Below, one piece after another: positions 9,814-18,453 of a stretch of DNA of 64,000 nucleotides (its first letter is position 1; every line of letters starts with the position of its first letter). Source of the DNA: Methanobacteriota archaeon (GTDB taxonomy: Archaea > Halobacteriota > Bog-38 > Methanoflorentales > Methanoflorentaceae); the NCBI GenBank assembly GCA_963720465.1, contig OY970393.1, positions 1,984,001 through 2,048,000 of the forward strand. Direction: 5' to 3'. Below the pieces are notes generated by a model that saw only the letters and a program-made list of their open reading frames with translations, ran no database searches and had not been told where the DNA came from. A program made the translations under genes and the position numbers.

Positions 9814-11052
9814 TCAAAGTCGGCGGTTCCGTAGTTCTTTGTCGTAAGCAATTGCTAAGCGTGTCCAAAACTCAGCCCACGGCACCTCTGGCGGCTTTCT
9901 TAATCCTCTCCCTTTATGTCGCTTTGGGGCCTTCTTATCGCGACCTTCCTCGTCTTTAATACCCTTATATCGCTTGTAGGTTTTTTCGAAGGTATCATCT
10001 TCATCCCTGATGTGGATTGGATCAGCTGCGAGTGATCGTCTGATGTGCGTTGGGATTGGCGTTGTTAACTTCCCGTAGAACTGAGGGTCCCACGTGCTGA
10101 TCGTGTCTACCAACCTTCTTAAATTGCCGTAGAACTGCGGGTCGCTCTGATTAAGCGTGTCCATCAGCCCTCTTAACTTCTCGTAAAATCGAGGATCGGT
10201 CTCGTTCTTGCGGATCGCAACCAGAAACTTTCTTAACTTCTCGTAGAACTGCGGGTCGCCGTCACGAAGCTCACCCATTACGGATCTCAACACTCCAATG
10301 AACTGAGGGTCGCGGTCACGAAAGTGGCGCATCAGCAAACGTAGCCTCTTGAAGAACGGAGGAAGCGTTTCGCGAAGATTGCGGAGCATCGCCCTGTCTG
10401 CTGACATCCACTCGCGCACGTCTTCTCCGCCAACGAAAAAACGTAGCTCGTCCTTGTCGCTCTCAGATGCGTCGACGGAGACTTGAAGCAACGTTCGCGT
10501 GACGGTCCAGCGTGAACGGTCGGGTTTTGTGAATTTTTTCTTTGCAGACCCGCTCCAGCCGAACGTCACCACTGCTCGTTCATCGACGCCCCAACCACTT
10601 CGTGCTTTCTCTGTCGTTATGATGTATGGGATTATGAACTGCTCCAGCCTCGGTGGGCAACTGACCGAGACTGAAAAGGTGACGTCTTCAAGAGGAGGGT
10701 CATAATCCTCCTTCGTATCCTCAGGAATTGAGAGTTCCACAGTCGGGTGCGTGCGCACCTTCGCGGTGCACTTCTGCACCTGCTTCATAGTCTTCCAGCT
10801 CATCACCCTTCGACTCCAGTGATTCCCGGAACCGCCACGGAGCATCCAGACGCCCGCAGCCGTGCTTATAGCTTGCTCGGATGACGCAGAGATACTTGTC
10901 TTACCTCTATCCTTGCTTCGTGACAGGTTCGGGTGCGGGATGTGTTCCTCTTTGACCCAGCGTTGGAGCGTGCGCATCTTCACTTTGACTCCTAACGAGA
11001 CCAGACGATCGCGTAACTCGCTTACGTTTTGGGGTGGGTTGCTTTCGTTCAT
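9814..11052 (-). CDS. MerR-like HTH protein with internal 18-20-aa DPQFY repeats
   Basis: N-terminal ELRDRLVSLGVKVKMRTLQRWVKEEHIPHP resembles a MerR/excisionase HTH; 5-6 repeats DPQFYxKLRxL. Confidence 0.7.
   Translation of the reverse strand: MNESNPPQNVSELRDRLVSLGVKVKMRTLQRWVKEEHIPHPNLSRSKDRGKTSISASSEQAISTAAGVWMLRGGSGNHWSRRVMSWKTMKQVQKCTAKVRTHPTVELSIPEDTKEDYDPPLEDVTFSVSVSCPPRLEQFIIPYIITTEKARSGWGVDERAVVTFGWSGSAKKKFTKPDRSRWTVTRTLLQVSVDASESDKDELRFFVGGEDVREWMSADRAMLRNLRETLPPFFKRLRLLMRHFRDRDPQFIGVLRSVMGELRDGDPQFYEKLRKFLVAIRKNETDPRFYEKLRGLMDTLNQSDPQFYGNLRRLVDTISTWDPQFYGKLTTPIPTHIRRSLAADPIHIRDEDDTFEKTYKRYKGIKDEEGRDKKAPKRHKGRGLRKPPEVPWAEFWTRLAIAYDKELRNRRL
10063..10311. repeat. Coding tandem repeat, five units of a ~27-bp core spaced 54/54/60/54 bp
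   Basis: tcttaacttctcgtagaactgcgggtc-like cores at 10063, 10117, 10171, 10231, 10285. Confidence 0.85.
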
Positions 11053-11078
11053 TTACTATGCGCCAAATAAAAACCACG

Positions 11079-11092
11079 TTATGACGTCATAA
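11079..11092. promoter_or_regulatory. Perfect 14-bp palindrome between divergent island genes, candidate operator
   Basis: TTATGACGTCATAA, 27 bp upstream of the HTH gene start. Confidence 0.5.
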
Positions 11093-11203
11093 ATGCTAGC
11101 ATGGAGAAAGCCGGGCGCCGCTGGACAGAGCAACAAGTTTTTTGCGTGTCACATGCGCCTGCGGCTTGTCATCTGGAAATGAACCTACAAAGGAGACCAA
11201 ATC

Positions 11204-11530
11204 ATGCCTTATAAAAATCCTGAACAACGCCGCGCATACGACGCGGCATACAAGCAGAAGCAGCGGGCCCAAGGATTGACAAAAAAAGGGGTGGACATGC
11301 GTCTAACCGCCCTTGAAATTAAGACCGCTGAAGATTGCTGCGGCCTCATCAACGAGGTTGTAGACGAGGCGAGAACCGCCGATGGCTCTTCCTTAGGGCT
11401 TGAGGCGAAGTTGCGAATCAAGTTACGAGCCGTAGAAATCGGGCTGCGCGTCATTGAGATTACCAATCTCGAGCGGCGCATCGCCGCCGTCGAGGAGCTA
11501 GCACATGAGCCGAAACGAATCGAGAATTAG
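11204..11530 (+). CDS. Putative terminase small subunit / phage hypothetical protein
   Basis: 108 aa helical, ends LERRIAAVEE; AAGGAG RBS; overlaps the terminase large subunit start. Confidence 0.55.
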   Translation: MPYKNPEQRRAYDAAYKQKQRAQGLTKKGVDMRLTALEIKTAEDCCGLINEVVDEARTADGSSLGLEAKLRIKLRAVEIGLRVIEITNLERRIAAVEELAHEPKRIEN

Positions 11531-13361
11531 CAAACTTGAAAAGGGCTATAGCCGAGCAGCGACTGAGACGAGGATTCCACGTGATCCCGTAGCCTTCGCT
11601 AGGCTGTTGAACATAGAGCCCGACCCCTGGCAACGCGACCTTCTCATCTCAAGGGACGAGCGCGTAATCATCAACTGCTCGCGGCAGTCCGGGAAATCGA
11701 CCATCGTTGCCATCCTTGCGCTCCATCACGCCCTACTGAACCCCGCGGCGTTCGTGGCCATAGTCTCTCCGTCGCAGCGGCAGTCAACAGAGCTCTTGAG
11801 GAAGGTCAGCGGTTTCCACCGCCTGCTTGGCCAACCGGGCGACAGCATAAGCGATTCAGCCACCACGCTCGAACTCAGAAACGGCAGCCGCATCGTCGCA
11901 CTGCCTGGATCTGAGTCCACAAAACGAGGCTTCACCGCGCCGTTGGTGCTCATAGACGAAGCTGCACAGGTGTCTGAGGGGGACTACTATGCGGCCACGC
12001 CCATGCTCGCCGTTACGGAGGGGCAGCTGATCCTCCTCAGCACGCCGCACGGCAAACAGGGCATATTCTGGCACGCGTGGGACCACGAGCCGGACTGGAA
12101 GAAGGTCAGGGTGACGGCGCACCAGTGCCCGCGCATCGGAAAGGGCTGGTTGGAGCGGGAACGACGCGCCATGGGCGAGTGGCGGTTCGCCCAGGAATAT
12201 TGTTGCGAATTCGTGCAGGACGATGCCAGCATCTTTAAAGAGGGATGGGTTCAGTATTACGATTCCGATGACCTACCATACATGGATCGCATTATCCAAT
12301 CGTGGGACACCGCACAAACCAAATCGGGTTCGTCCAGTTATGTCGTAGGGCAGGTGTGGGGGTGCATCGGTGCCGATTTCTACTTGCTCGACCAGGTGCG
12401 TGGTCGCTACGACTTTGACGAAACGATAAAGGCTATCGAAGATTTGTCAGCGCACTGGCCCCAATCAACAGCTAAACTAGTGGAAGCGCAGGCGCTCGGC
12501 GCTGCCGTAGTCACACACTTAAAACACACGATCCCGGGGCTTATTCCTATATCCGTGAAAGGCTCAAAGGAGCGTCGGGCTATCGATTGCCTACCGGTCT
12601 GGCAATCAAAGAACGTGTACATACCCAAACTGGATGACGGCGAATACGCGTGGGTCCGGGAATACATGCAGGAGCTTTTGAGCTTCCCGAATGTCGCCCA
12701 TGACGACCAGGTGGATGCAACGACCCTTGCGTTAAATCAGCTGCAGGGCCCGTTATTTCCCAAACCGAAAGAGCGTGTGATCGAGACTAGTGACTCGCGG
12801 CCACCGTACTCGCCACCACTGCAAGGACATTACTACTTCATCGGGTGGGTTCCAGGGCTCTCACTGGACACGTATACAGTTCTGGTCTTTGACCGCACAG
12901 ATCACAAGGTCGTCCACTTCGCGCGCTTCCCGGTAGAGTCCCTAGAACAACAGATTACGGGGCTCTCTCAACTATCGCGACACTACAATCGCGCCGTGGT
13001 CAGGGCCTTTGATCGCGTGAGTAAGGCGTTGACATCAGCGCTCGAGATGCGCCGCGTTTATGTGGAGCGCGTCAAGTACTCAAAGCTTGCGGATTCCTAC
13101 GAGAACTTGGCCCTCCTGAGGGAGATGATCACCATCCCCAACTATCCCGGGCTCCAGGCCGAGCTCGACGTCTTCAAGTCGGGTCTCACTTTTGATGGGA
13201 GTGCCGATTACAGCCTGCAGGTCGCGCAGCAATCAGGGATCCACGCCTTGTGTCTCGTCACGTATGACCTCAGCGCGGAACTGCTCCACTACCGCAGGCA
13301 GCCGAGCGTCTACTATAACTACGATCGGTATTTGGAAGGAGACGTGCACTTCAGTTTGTAA
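11505..13361 (+). CDS. Phage terminase large subunit with an extra C-terminal nuclease-like domain
   Basis: PWQ Q-motif, Walker A CSRQSGKST, Walker B LVLIDEAA, LSTPHG motif III, FAQEY, nuclease QSWDTA…VEAQA…HDDQVDA. Confidence 0.93.
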   Translation: MSRNESRISKLEKGYSRAATETRIPRDPVAFARLLNIEPDPWQRDLLISRDERVIINCSRQSGKSTIVAILALHHALLNPAAFVAIVSPSQRQSTELLRKVSGFHRLLGQPGDSISDSATTLELRNGSRIVALPGSESTKRGFTAPLVLIDEAAQVSEGDYYAATPMLAVTEGQLILLSTPHGKQGIFWHAWDHEPDWKKVRVTAHQCPRIGKGWLERERRAMGEWRFAQEYCCEFVQDDASIFKEGWVQYYDSDDLPYMDRIIQSWDTAQTKSGSSSYVVGQVWGCIGADFYLLDQVRGRYDFDETIKAIEDLSAHWPQSTAKLVEAQALGAAVVTHLKHTIPGLIPISVKGSKERRAIDCLPVWQSKNVYIPKLDDGEYAWVREYMQELLSFPNVAHDDQVDATTLALNQLQGPLFPKPKERVIETSDSRPPYSPPLQGHYYFIGWVPGLSLDTYTVLVFDRTDHKVVHFARFPVESLEQQITGLSQLSRHYNRAVVRAFDRVSKALTSALEMRRVYVERVKYSKLADSYENLALLREMITIPNYPGLQAELDVFKSGLTFDGSADYSLQVAQQSGIHALCLVTYDLSAELLHYRRQPSVYYNYDRYLEGDVHFSL

Positions 13362-13546
13362 GCTCGCGGGACCTTCGCGTACGCGCCGAGAACAGCTTGC
13401 TATAATATGCTTCGCACTCCAGACCGCCAGCACTGCGATGAACAACGACTTTACGGCTTGGGAAGCTCACGTGACAACCTCCAGGGTTACGCCTACTAGG
13501 GGTGACGACGGCGCGAACGCAAGGGTGTGGCGTTGGATCTGATGTG

Positions 13547-15169
13547 TTACTTCCTGTCGTTCAGTTTGACACCTTCAGCTTCTGCCAAAACAGCTGTTTC
13601 GCCCAAAATCTTCTTTCCGGTCAACGCGTTTATTCTCACACGTCTTTTTGAGGACTCGTCTGCGTACAAGACTTGAAGAACAGGCGAATATATGATATTT
13701 GCATCGGTCACCTCGCAGCCGGGATACAGTCCCCGTATGAGTCCTTTGAGTTTTTGCTTTGGTAACCTGGGCTTTATGACATCTTCTACGCGACCCTCTC
13801 TAAGCTGCAAACCCTCGGCGCTCTCTGACACGAGGGATCTTGGATAGCTTATGTCATGCAGGGAGAAATAGCGTTCATCTTTTATCCCGATCAAACCACG
13901 TTCTTCGAGCTTTTTCAAGCTCGATTTGACGCCCTTGTCGGGCAGCGCTTGGCGTAATTGCGCATAGGTGGTGCCGCCTCTGTCCAATATGAAATCCATC
14001 ACTTTCAGTTGAGTTGGGTTCAGATCTGCGAGAAGGTGTAGATTCTTAGACCGGCGCCGCACGCCGTCCGGGCTTAGAAGATCCCCGGTAATAGCATCAA
14101 TCAAGACGGAGTAGTCCTTGAACCTCGTGCCCATGAGTCGTTTCTTCATCTCTCGAATGCTAACGGAGAATATTGGCAACATTAGCAGATCGAAGTCATT
14201 GACGCTCTCACTCCTGCCGAAGAACTTGAACTGCTTGCGCTTGTTACTGTTTAAGGCGCTGAGGACCGTGGTTTCGTCGAATGGGATATACTTAACCTTC
14301 CTACTTCCCGTCGTCGTATCAAGAGCGAGTCGCGCTCGCATGTGCTCGGCCTTGTCCAAATCCTGTGCCGCGCGAACGCTACCGTGTGGCGTGAGATCCG
14401 ATGCGTACTCGGTCCGACGCTGAATGGTGGGGGTCGCCCCTCCGTGGCGCGTGTTCCGCTGCCGCACTTTGATGAACGAAGGATCAGCGATAGCTCCTTG
14501 GACGTAAAACTGTCCCGGTTCAAGTGCTGTCAGCTGGCGTGCATCATCCATCGAGGAGAAAAATATACGCACCGAATCGATATCGTTTTTTAACGTCAGC
14601 TTTCCGATGAACACGTTGTTGCACTGGCTCAAAACGTTCTTATTGACCAAAGCAGGCCTCTGCGTAGCAAAAAGGATACCAAGGCCCCGCTTCCTGCCTC
14701 TTCTGCTCATTACCTGCAGGATATCGAGTCCGCGTCCTCTCTGCGGAACGTAAATGTCAGCCTCTTCGACGATGACTAAGAAAGGATTCTGCCGATGGCG
14801 CCCCTCTCGGAACATGTCCGTGGCGACCTGATAGACGATTCCCAAGAACTTATCTATGACCTTTGGATCAGTCTCGGAAACGTCAAGGACTATTTTTTGT
14901 GACTCTTCGATGATTTTTCGGACCCGCTCTTCGTCGGTCGAAATAGGTTCAGTGTCTTCAATTACATCGATGTTCTTGTAGCCGGAGAGCCCAGCGTATT
15001 CTCCTTCAGTATCGATCACGACGAATCCGAGATCACTTGCGGCAAGTTCTTCGCAGATCACACTCACGAGATAGCTTTTGCCGCTTCCGCTTTGGCCGAT
15101 AACGGCGCTTCGTTCCGTTACAAGGTACCCCGGGTCAATGCTGAACGTCTCTCCGATGTGGAGCTCCAT
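13547..15169 (-). CDS. HerA/FtsK-family (DUF87) ATPase with C-terminal winged-helix region
   Basis: GQSGSGKS, IDTEGEY, VEEAD, RGRKRG and ATQRP motifs; C-terminal wHTH-like TYAQLRQALP…LKKLEERGLI. Confidence 0.85.
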   Translation of the reverse strand: MELHIGETFSIDPGYLVTERSAVIGQSGSGKSYLVSVICEELAASDLGFVVIDTEGEYAGLSGYKNIDVIEDTEPISTDEERVRKIIEESQKIVLDVSETDPKVIDKFLGIVYQVATDMFREGRHRQNPFLVIVEEADIYVPQRGRGLDILQVMSRRGRKRGLGILFATQRPALVNKNVLSQCNNVFIGKLTLKNDIDSVRIFFSSMDDARQLTALEPGQFYVQGAIADPSFIKVRQRNTRHGGATPTIQRRTEYASDLTPHGSVRAAQDLDKAEHMRARLALDTTTGSRKVKYIPFDETTVLSALNSNKRKQFKFFGRSESVNDFDLLMLPIFSVSIREMKKRLMGTRFKDYSVLIDAITGDLLSPDGVRRRSKNLHLLADLNPTQLKVMDFILDRGGTTYAQLRQALPDKGVKSSLKKLEERGLIGIKDERYFSLHDISYPRSLVSESAEGLQLREGRVEDVIKPRLPKQKLKGLIRGLYPGCEVTDANIIYSPVLQVLYADESSKRRVRINALTGKKILGETAVLAEAEGVKLNDRK

Positions 15170-15305
15170 TGGTTCAACATGGCTTATTTGTCCGATATAA
15201 GCTTAGTGTAATGCGACAAAATCCATCTAAGACCTTTTTGACGCCAAACTGGACTGCTCTCTGCGCGCGAGCAGAACTGAGTTGTAGGAAGCCGACCCGC
15301 GATCA

Positions 15306-16376
15306 CTAGCGGGAGGCTATCAGGGTCACAGTATCGTTATCCAAGAGCACGTGGGTTAGCCCGACGCGCTGCCCCGCATGTCTCGCACTCGCACCCCACA
15401 CTTGAGCGTATCTGAATCGTCTGGAGATACGTGCGTGCATGAGGTTGCAGACCTCTTCGATCGTGGAGTTGCGGCGCAAAATCAGCGGGTTTTTCCTATC
15501 TGCCGCCTTGTCCGGGGGTTTCAAGTATACCCGAATGAATCTGAGTTTTTCAAAGATCAGCTCTTTTAGATCTTCGATGTTGGTGCCATGCTCCGCAGAA
15601 ATGTGAACGTCCCCGAAACTTGCTGACCCAGAAGACTGGTCTATCTTGTTTACGACCGTTAGTGCGGGTAAGAAAAGTCTGCTCGGTAATAGGGCATCGA
15701 CGAATCGATCGACATCAAGGTCTTCGTTAAGAATGACGTCGGCGTTGTGGATCTTGAAGTCATGTAAAATCGCTTTTATCGTAGCTTCGTCGATTTCAGC
15801 CGCATGGGGAGCCCCGCTAACCGTAACCCCCCCGCGAGGTTTCTTGATTATCGCTACGTTTGGAGGGCTTTGGTTTATCCTGATTCCTGCGTCATACAGT
15901 TCTTTTTTGACTACTTCGACTTGATATTCGCTGAAAACGTCGACCACGATCAATATTAGGTCCGCGCTTCTCACAACTGAAATAATCTCTTTTCCTCTGC
16001 CTTTTCCGACTGCTGCGCCGCCTATAAGTCCAGGGATGTCCAAGACTTGTATGTGCGCTCCGTTGTGCACCATAGCGCCAGGGATGACGTTCAGCGTCGT
16101 GAAATCGTAAGATCCAACTGGCGATTTTGCATTAGTGAGCGCGTTTAGCAGGGTTGACTTTCCCGCGGACGGATATCCGACTAACACACAGGTAGCGTCA
16201 CCGGACTTTCGTGGAGCAAATCCGGTTCCCTTGTGCGAACCCCTGGACTCTCGCTTCTCCTTCAGCCGCGCAAGTTTCGCTTTTAGACGACCGATGTGGA
16301 GTTGTGTCGCTTTGTTGTAGGGTGTGTCGCGTATCTCCGTTTCTATTTCGCTGATTTGCTCTTCTATGCTAGTCAC
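15306..16376 (-). CDS. DRG/OBG-family GTPase with TGS domain
   Basis: YNKATQLHIGRLKAK, GYPSAGKST, YDFTT, DIPG and NKID motifs. Confidence 0.95.
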   Translation of the reverse strand: MTSIEEQISEIETEIRDTPYNKATQLHIGRLKAKLARLKEKRESRGSHKGTGFAPRKSGDATCVLVGYPSAGKSTLLNALTNAKSPVGSYDFTTLNVIPGAMVHNGAHIQVLDIPGLIGGAAVGKGRGKEIISVVRSADLILIVVDVFSEYQVEVVKKELYDAGIRINQSPPNVAIIKKPRGGVTVSGAPHAAEIDEATIKAILHDFKIHNADVILNEDLDVDRFVDALLPSRLFLPALTVVNKIDQSSGSASFGDVHISAEHGTNIEDLKELIFEKLRFIRVYLKPPDKAADRKNPLILRRNSTIEEVCNLMHARISRRFRYAQVWGASARHAGQRVGLTHVLLDNDTVTLIASR

Positions 16377-16443
16377 GCGATTTCCTGCCAGTCATCAACG
16401 TCTTCAGCGAATGCAGAGTGAAGACCGCATATATTCAAAAAAG

Positions 16444-16845
16444 TTAGGCTTTGCTCCGCGAGTGAACCTTCGTATTCACCAAAACGAACTTCGTTCTCTC
16501 TCCTCGGATAGCGACGAGATAGACGTGCGGCTCATTTGATGCCATGCATTCCATCCATTTCTTATGCAACGTCCCATCTGAGGAAATGGGGGGCGATCCG
16601 TTTCTCGCGCGAAGCTCGTTGATGCAATATACAAAATCTGACTCAGATAAGCGCGCGACCTTGGATTTCGTGCCGATGTTGCGAGGCCACCATACTTGCA
16701 GCTCTTTTCTTATGTCGTTTATGAAGCTCACATTCGGCATCTTGCTATCAAGACTCTCAATGACTTCTACTTCACAATCTCCATCAGCTAAACTATAGTA
16801 GCATTTTGCCACGTTTTTGGCCAGCTCTCGGTCGCGTTTTCCCAA
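16444..16845 (-). CDS. Hypothetical protein
   Basis: 133-aa ORF, no recognised motif, start uncertain. Confidence 0.45.
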   Translation of the reverse strand: MGKRDRELAKNVAKCYYSLADGDCEVEVIESLDSKMPNVSFINDIRKELQVWWPRNIGTKSKVARLSESDFVYCINELRARNGSPPISSDGTLHKKWMECMASNEPHVYLVAIRGERTKFVLVNTKVHSRSKA

Positions 16846-17151
16846 AAATAAGTCCCGTATTAATATTTGCGATTAAAGTATTTCAACGTTGTGAAATAAG
16901 TCGCAGCCGACGCCAGTTTTTCGTGTTTAACAACTGTGAGTCGCGTTTTTCTAAAAAAAGTGTCTGTTAATCAAGAATTGAAATCGAACGAAGTTTGGTT
17001 CGTACCTTTGGATAAGCACGCTTTCACGTTGGTGATCGTCATAATAAAGGCCGGTTTGCCCTCAAGCACTCAAGCAAAGAGTGCGTGGCCCCTAACGAGA
17101 ACACGCCAAAAATACTGCCGTTTCATGCGTCAGTTCGAAGACTCGCTCATG

Positions 17152-17334
17152 TTACATAAGTAGTTCTAGCCACTCATCGAGCAGCGAACAGTCCTCTGGA
17201 TTACATACTTCGTGGCATCCTATACACGGAGCTATCTTACCTTGCGCTAAGAGTAGGTCGTGCTTGCTTTTTTTGCTTTGTGTTACGTTCACTGTGGCAC
17301 CTTTCTTAGGATCGAGCAACCCAGCTGCGATCAC
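17152..17334 (-). CDS. Small Cys4 Fe-S protein resembling the C-terminal domain of RPC34/TFE-beta-like proteins
   Basis: APCIGCHEVCNPEDCSLLDEW motif; directly downstream of LSm. Confidence 0.6.
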   Translation of the reverse strand: MIAAGLLDPKKGATVNVTQSKKSKHDLLLAQGKIAPCIGCHEVCNPEDCSLLDEWLELLM

Positions 17335-17403
17335 AGGGGAGGTTGGACAATATGCCAGTGGAGTATTGGTTGTTCTCTCGAAGTAGGTTCAGTTAATTCC
17401 GGA

Positions 17404-17628
17404 TTAGTCGTTTACAGGATTTAGAAGAATGATGTTGTTGCCGCGAAGTACGACCGATCCTAAAACTCGGGACTTTTGTCCGTCAACAACTTCAGTGGTG
17501 TTTGTAAGATGCAAGTTTAAATAGTCATCTGCACTCATCAATAGGCCTTCGAGCACGCATTTTTCGCCCTTCATCTCGACTTGGATCTTGGAACCAACCA
17601 GATTTTGAACCTTCTTTGACGGGAACAA
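17404..17628 (-). CDS. Sm-like archaeal protein (LSm/SmAP)
   Basis: Sm1 DDYLNLHL and Sm2 VVLRGNNI motifs. Confidence 0.95.
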   Translation of the reverse strand: MFPSKKVQNLVGSKIQVEMKGEKCVLEGLLMSADDYLNLHLTNTTEVVDGQKSRVLGSVVLRGNNIILLNPVND

Positions 17629-17791
17629 TTTGAATCCTCACATGAAAGTGGCTTTTCGAATACTTTAATATTTTGTTCGCCTTTGTTCGCCGAGAATTGC
17701 TCCACAATGCTTCAGTCGCTGATAATTCAAGCCTACTTGTAGCCACGCTAAGTCCCGCATTTCACGTATTAGCTCGCGAAGAAGGGCCTTA

Positions 17792-18259
17792 CTACCCGTA
17801 AAGCAAGAAGACGACGACTGCGGCACACGACAACAAAATGATTGATGTATTGGCTAAAGGGCTGTCGTACTTGCAGAGGTGCGCCGAAAAACGGTGACGG
17901 CTGAGCGGCCAGAGCAGCGGACAACCAGACACCGTCAGCGAATCGAGAAGGATATGGCTTGTAATGGCCGCTACGACGGCGGGTATGACGATTAGATCGA
18001 GTGGCGTGTATGGCGAGAACAAGACGTAGGAAAGACATGCGCACGCCGCTGCGGTGAAGATCGAGTGCGAAAATCCACTTCTGTGACCGATGAGTCGTAG
18101 CGGCAGACGCGCATCGAGGTCAGGAAGTGACGCTAGCAGCAGTGAAACTGTGGCAGAAAGCAGCAAGAACAATTTGTTTGTCGCGGTTGGGGAGAGCGCG
18201 ATCTCGCTAACGGCGACGCAGAAAACGAAAGCGAAAATCGAGTGTGTTAAAGCTTTCAC
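17792..18259 (-). CDS. Membrane-bound metal-dependent hydrolase (YdjM family)
   Basis: TH…LPDLD…HRSGFSHS…SHILLDSLT motifs. Confidence 0.85.
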   Translation of the reverse strand: MKALTHSIFAFVFCVAVSEIALSPTATNKLFLLLSATVSLLLASLPDLDARLPLRLIGHRSGFSHSIFTAAACACLSYVLFSPYTPLDLIVIPAVVAAITSHILLDSLTVSGCPLLWPLSRHRFSAHLCKYDSPLANTSIILLSCAAVVVFLLYG

Positions 18260-18373
18260 GACACCACGGTGTTAGCAGCGCTTTCGTTAAGTAAATATAT
18301 GGTCGTGCGTGACTGTAGGTAGTAGCGTGCGCCGCTCGGATGAGCAGTTTGCGCTAGTATAGAAGGTAGCTAT

Positions 18374-18446
18374 AGCCCGGTAGTGTAGCGGTCAATCATG
18401 TGAGACTCTGGATCTCACGACCACGGTTCGAATCCGTGCCGGGCTA
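18374..18446 (+). tRNA. tRNA-Gln(CTG)
   Basis: AGCCCGG/CCGGGCT acceptor stem, TGAGA-CTCTGGA-TCTCA anticodon arm, GGTTCGAATCC. Confidence 0.97.
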
Positions 18447-18453
18447 TCTGCGT

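Larger units (their letters stand above)
6960..13361. mobile_element. Defective provirus or satellite-like island
   Basis: Integrase remnant plus tRNA fragment, hypothetical genes and a terminase pair between housekeeping genes; second att not found, so boundaries are approximate. Confidence 0.55.

Noticed and set aside
10063-10311. Regularly spaced ~27-bp repeats resembling a mini CRISPR array
   Set aside because: Spacings are multiples of 3, differences preserve the peptide, spacers are related to each other, the repeats lie in an open frame, and there are no cas genes
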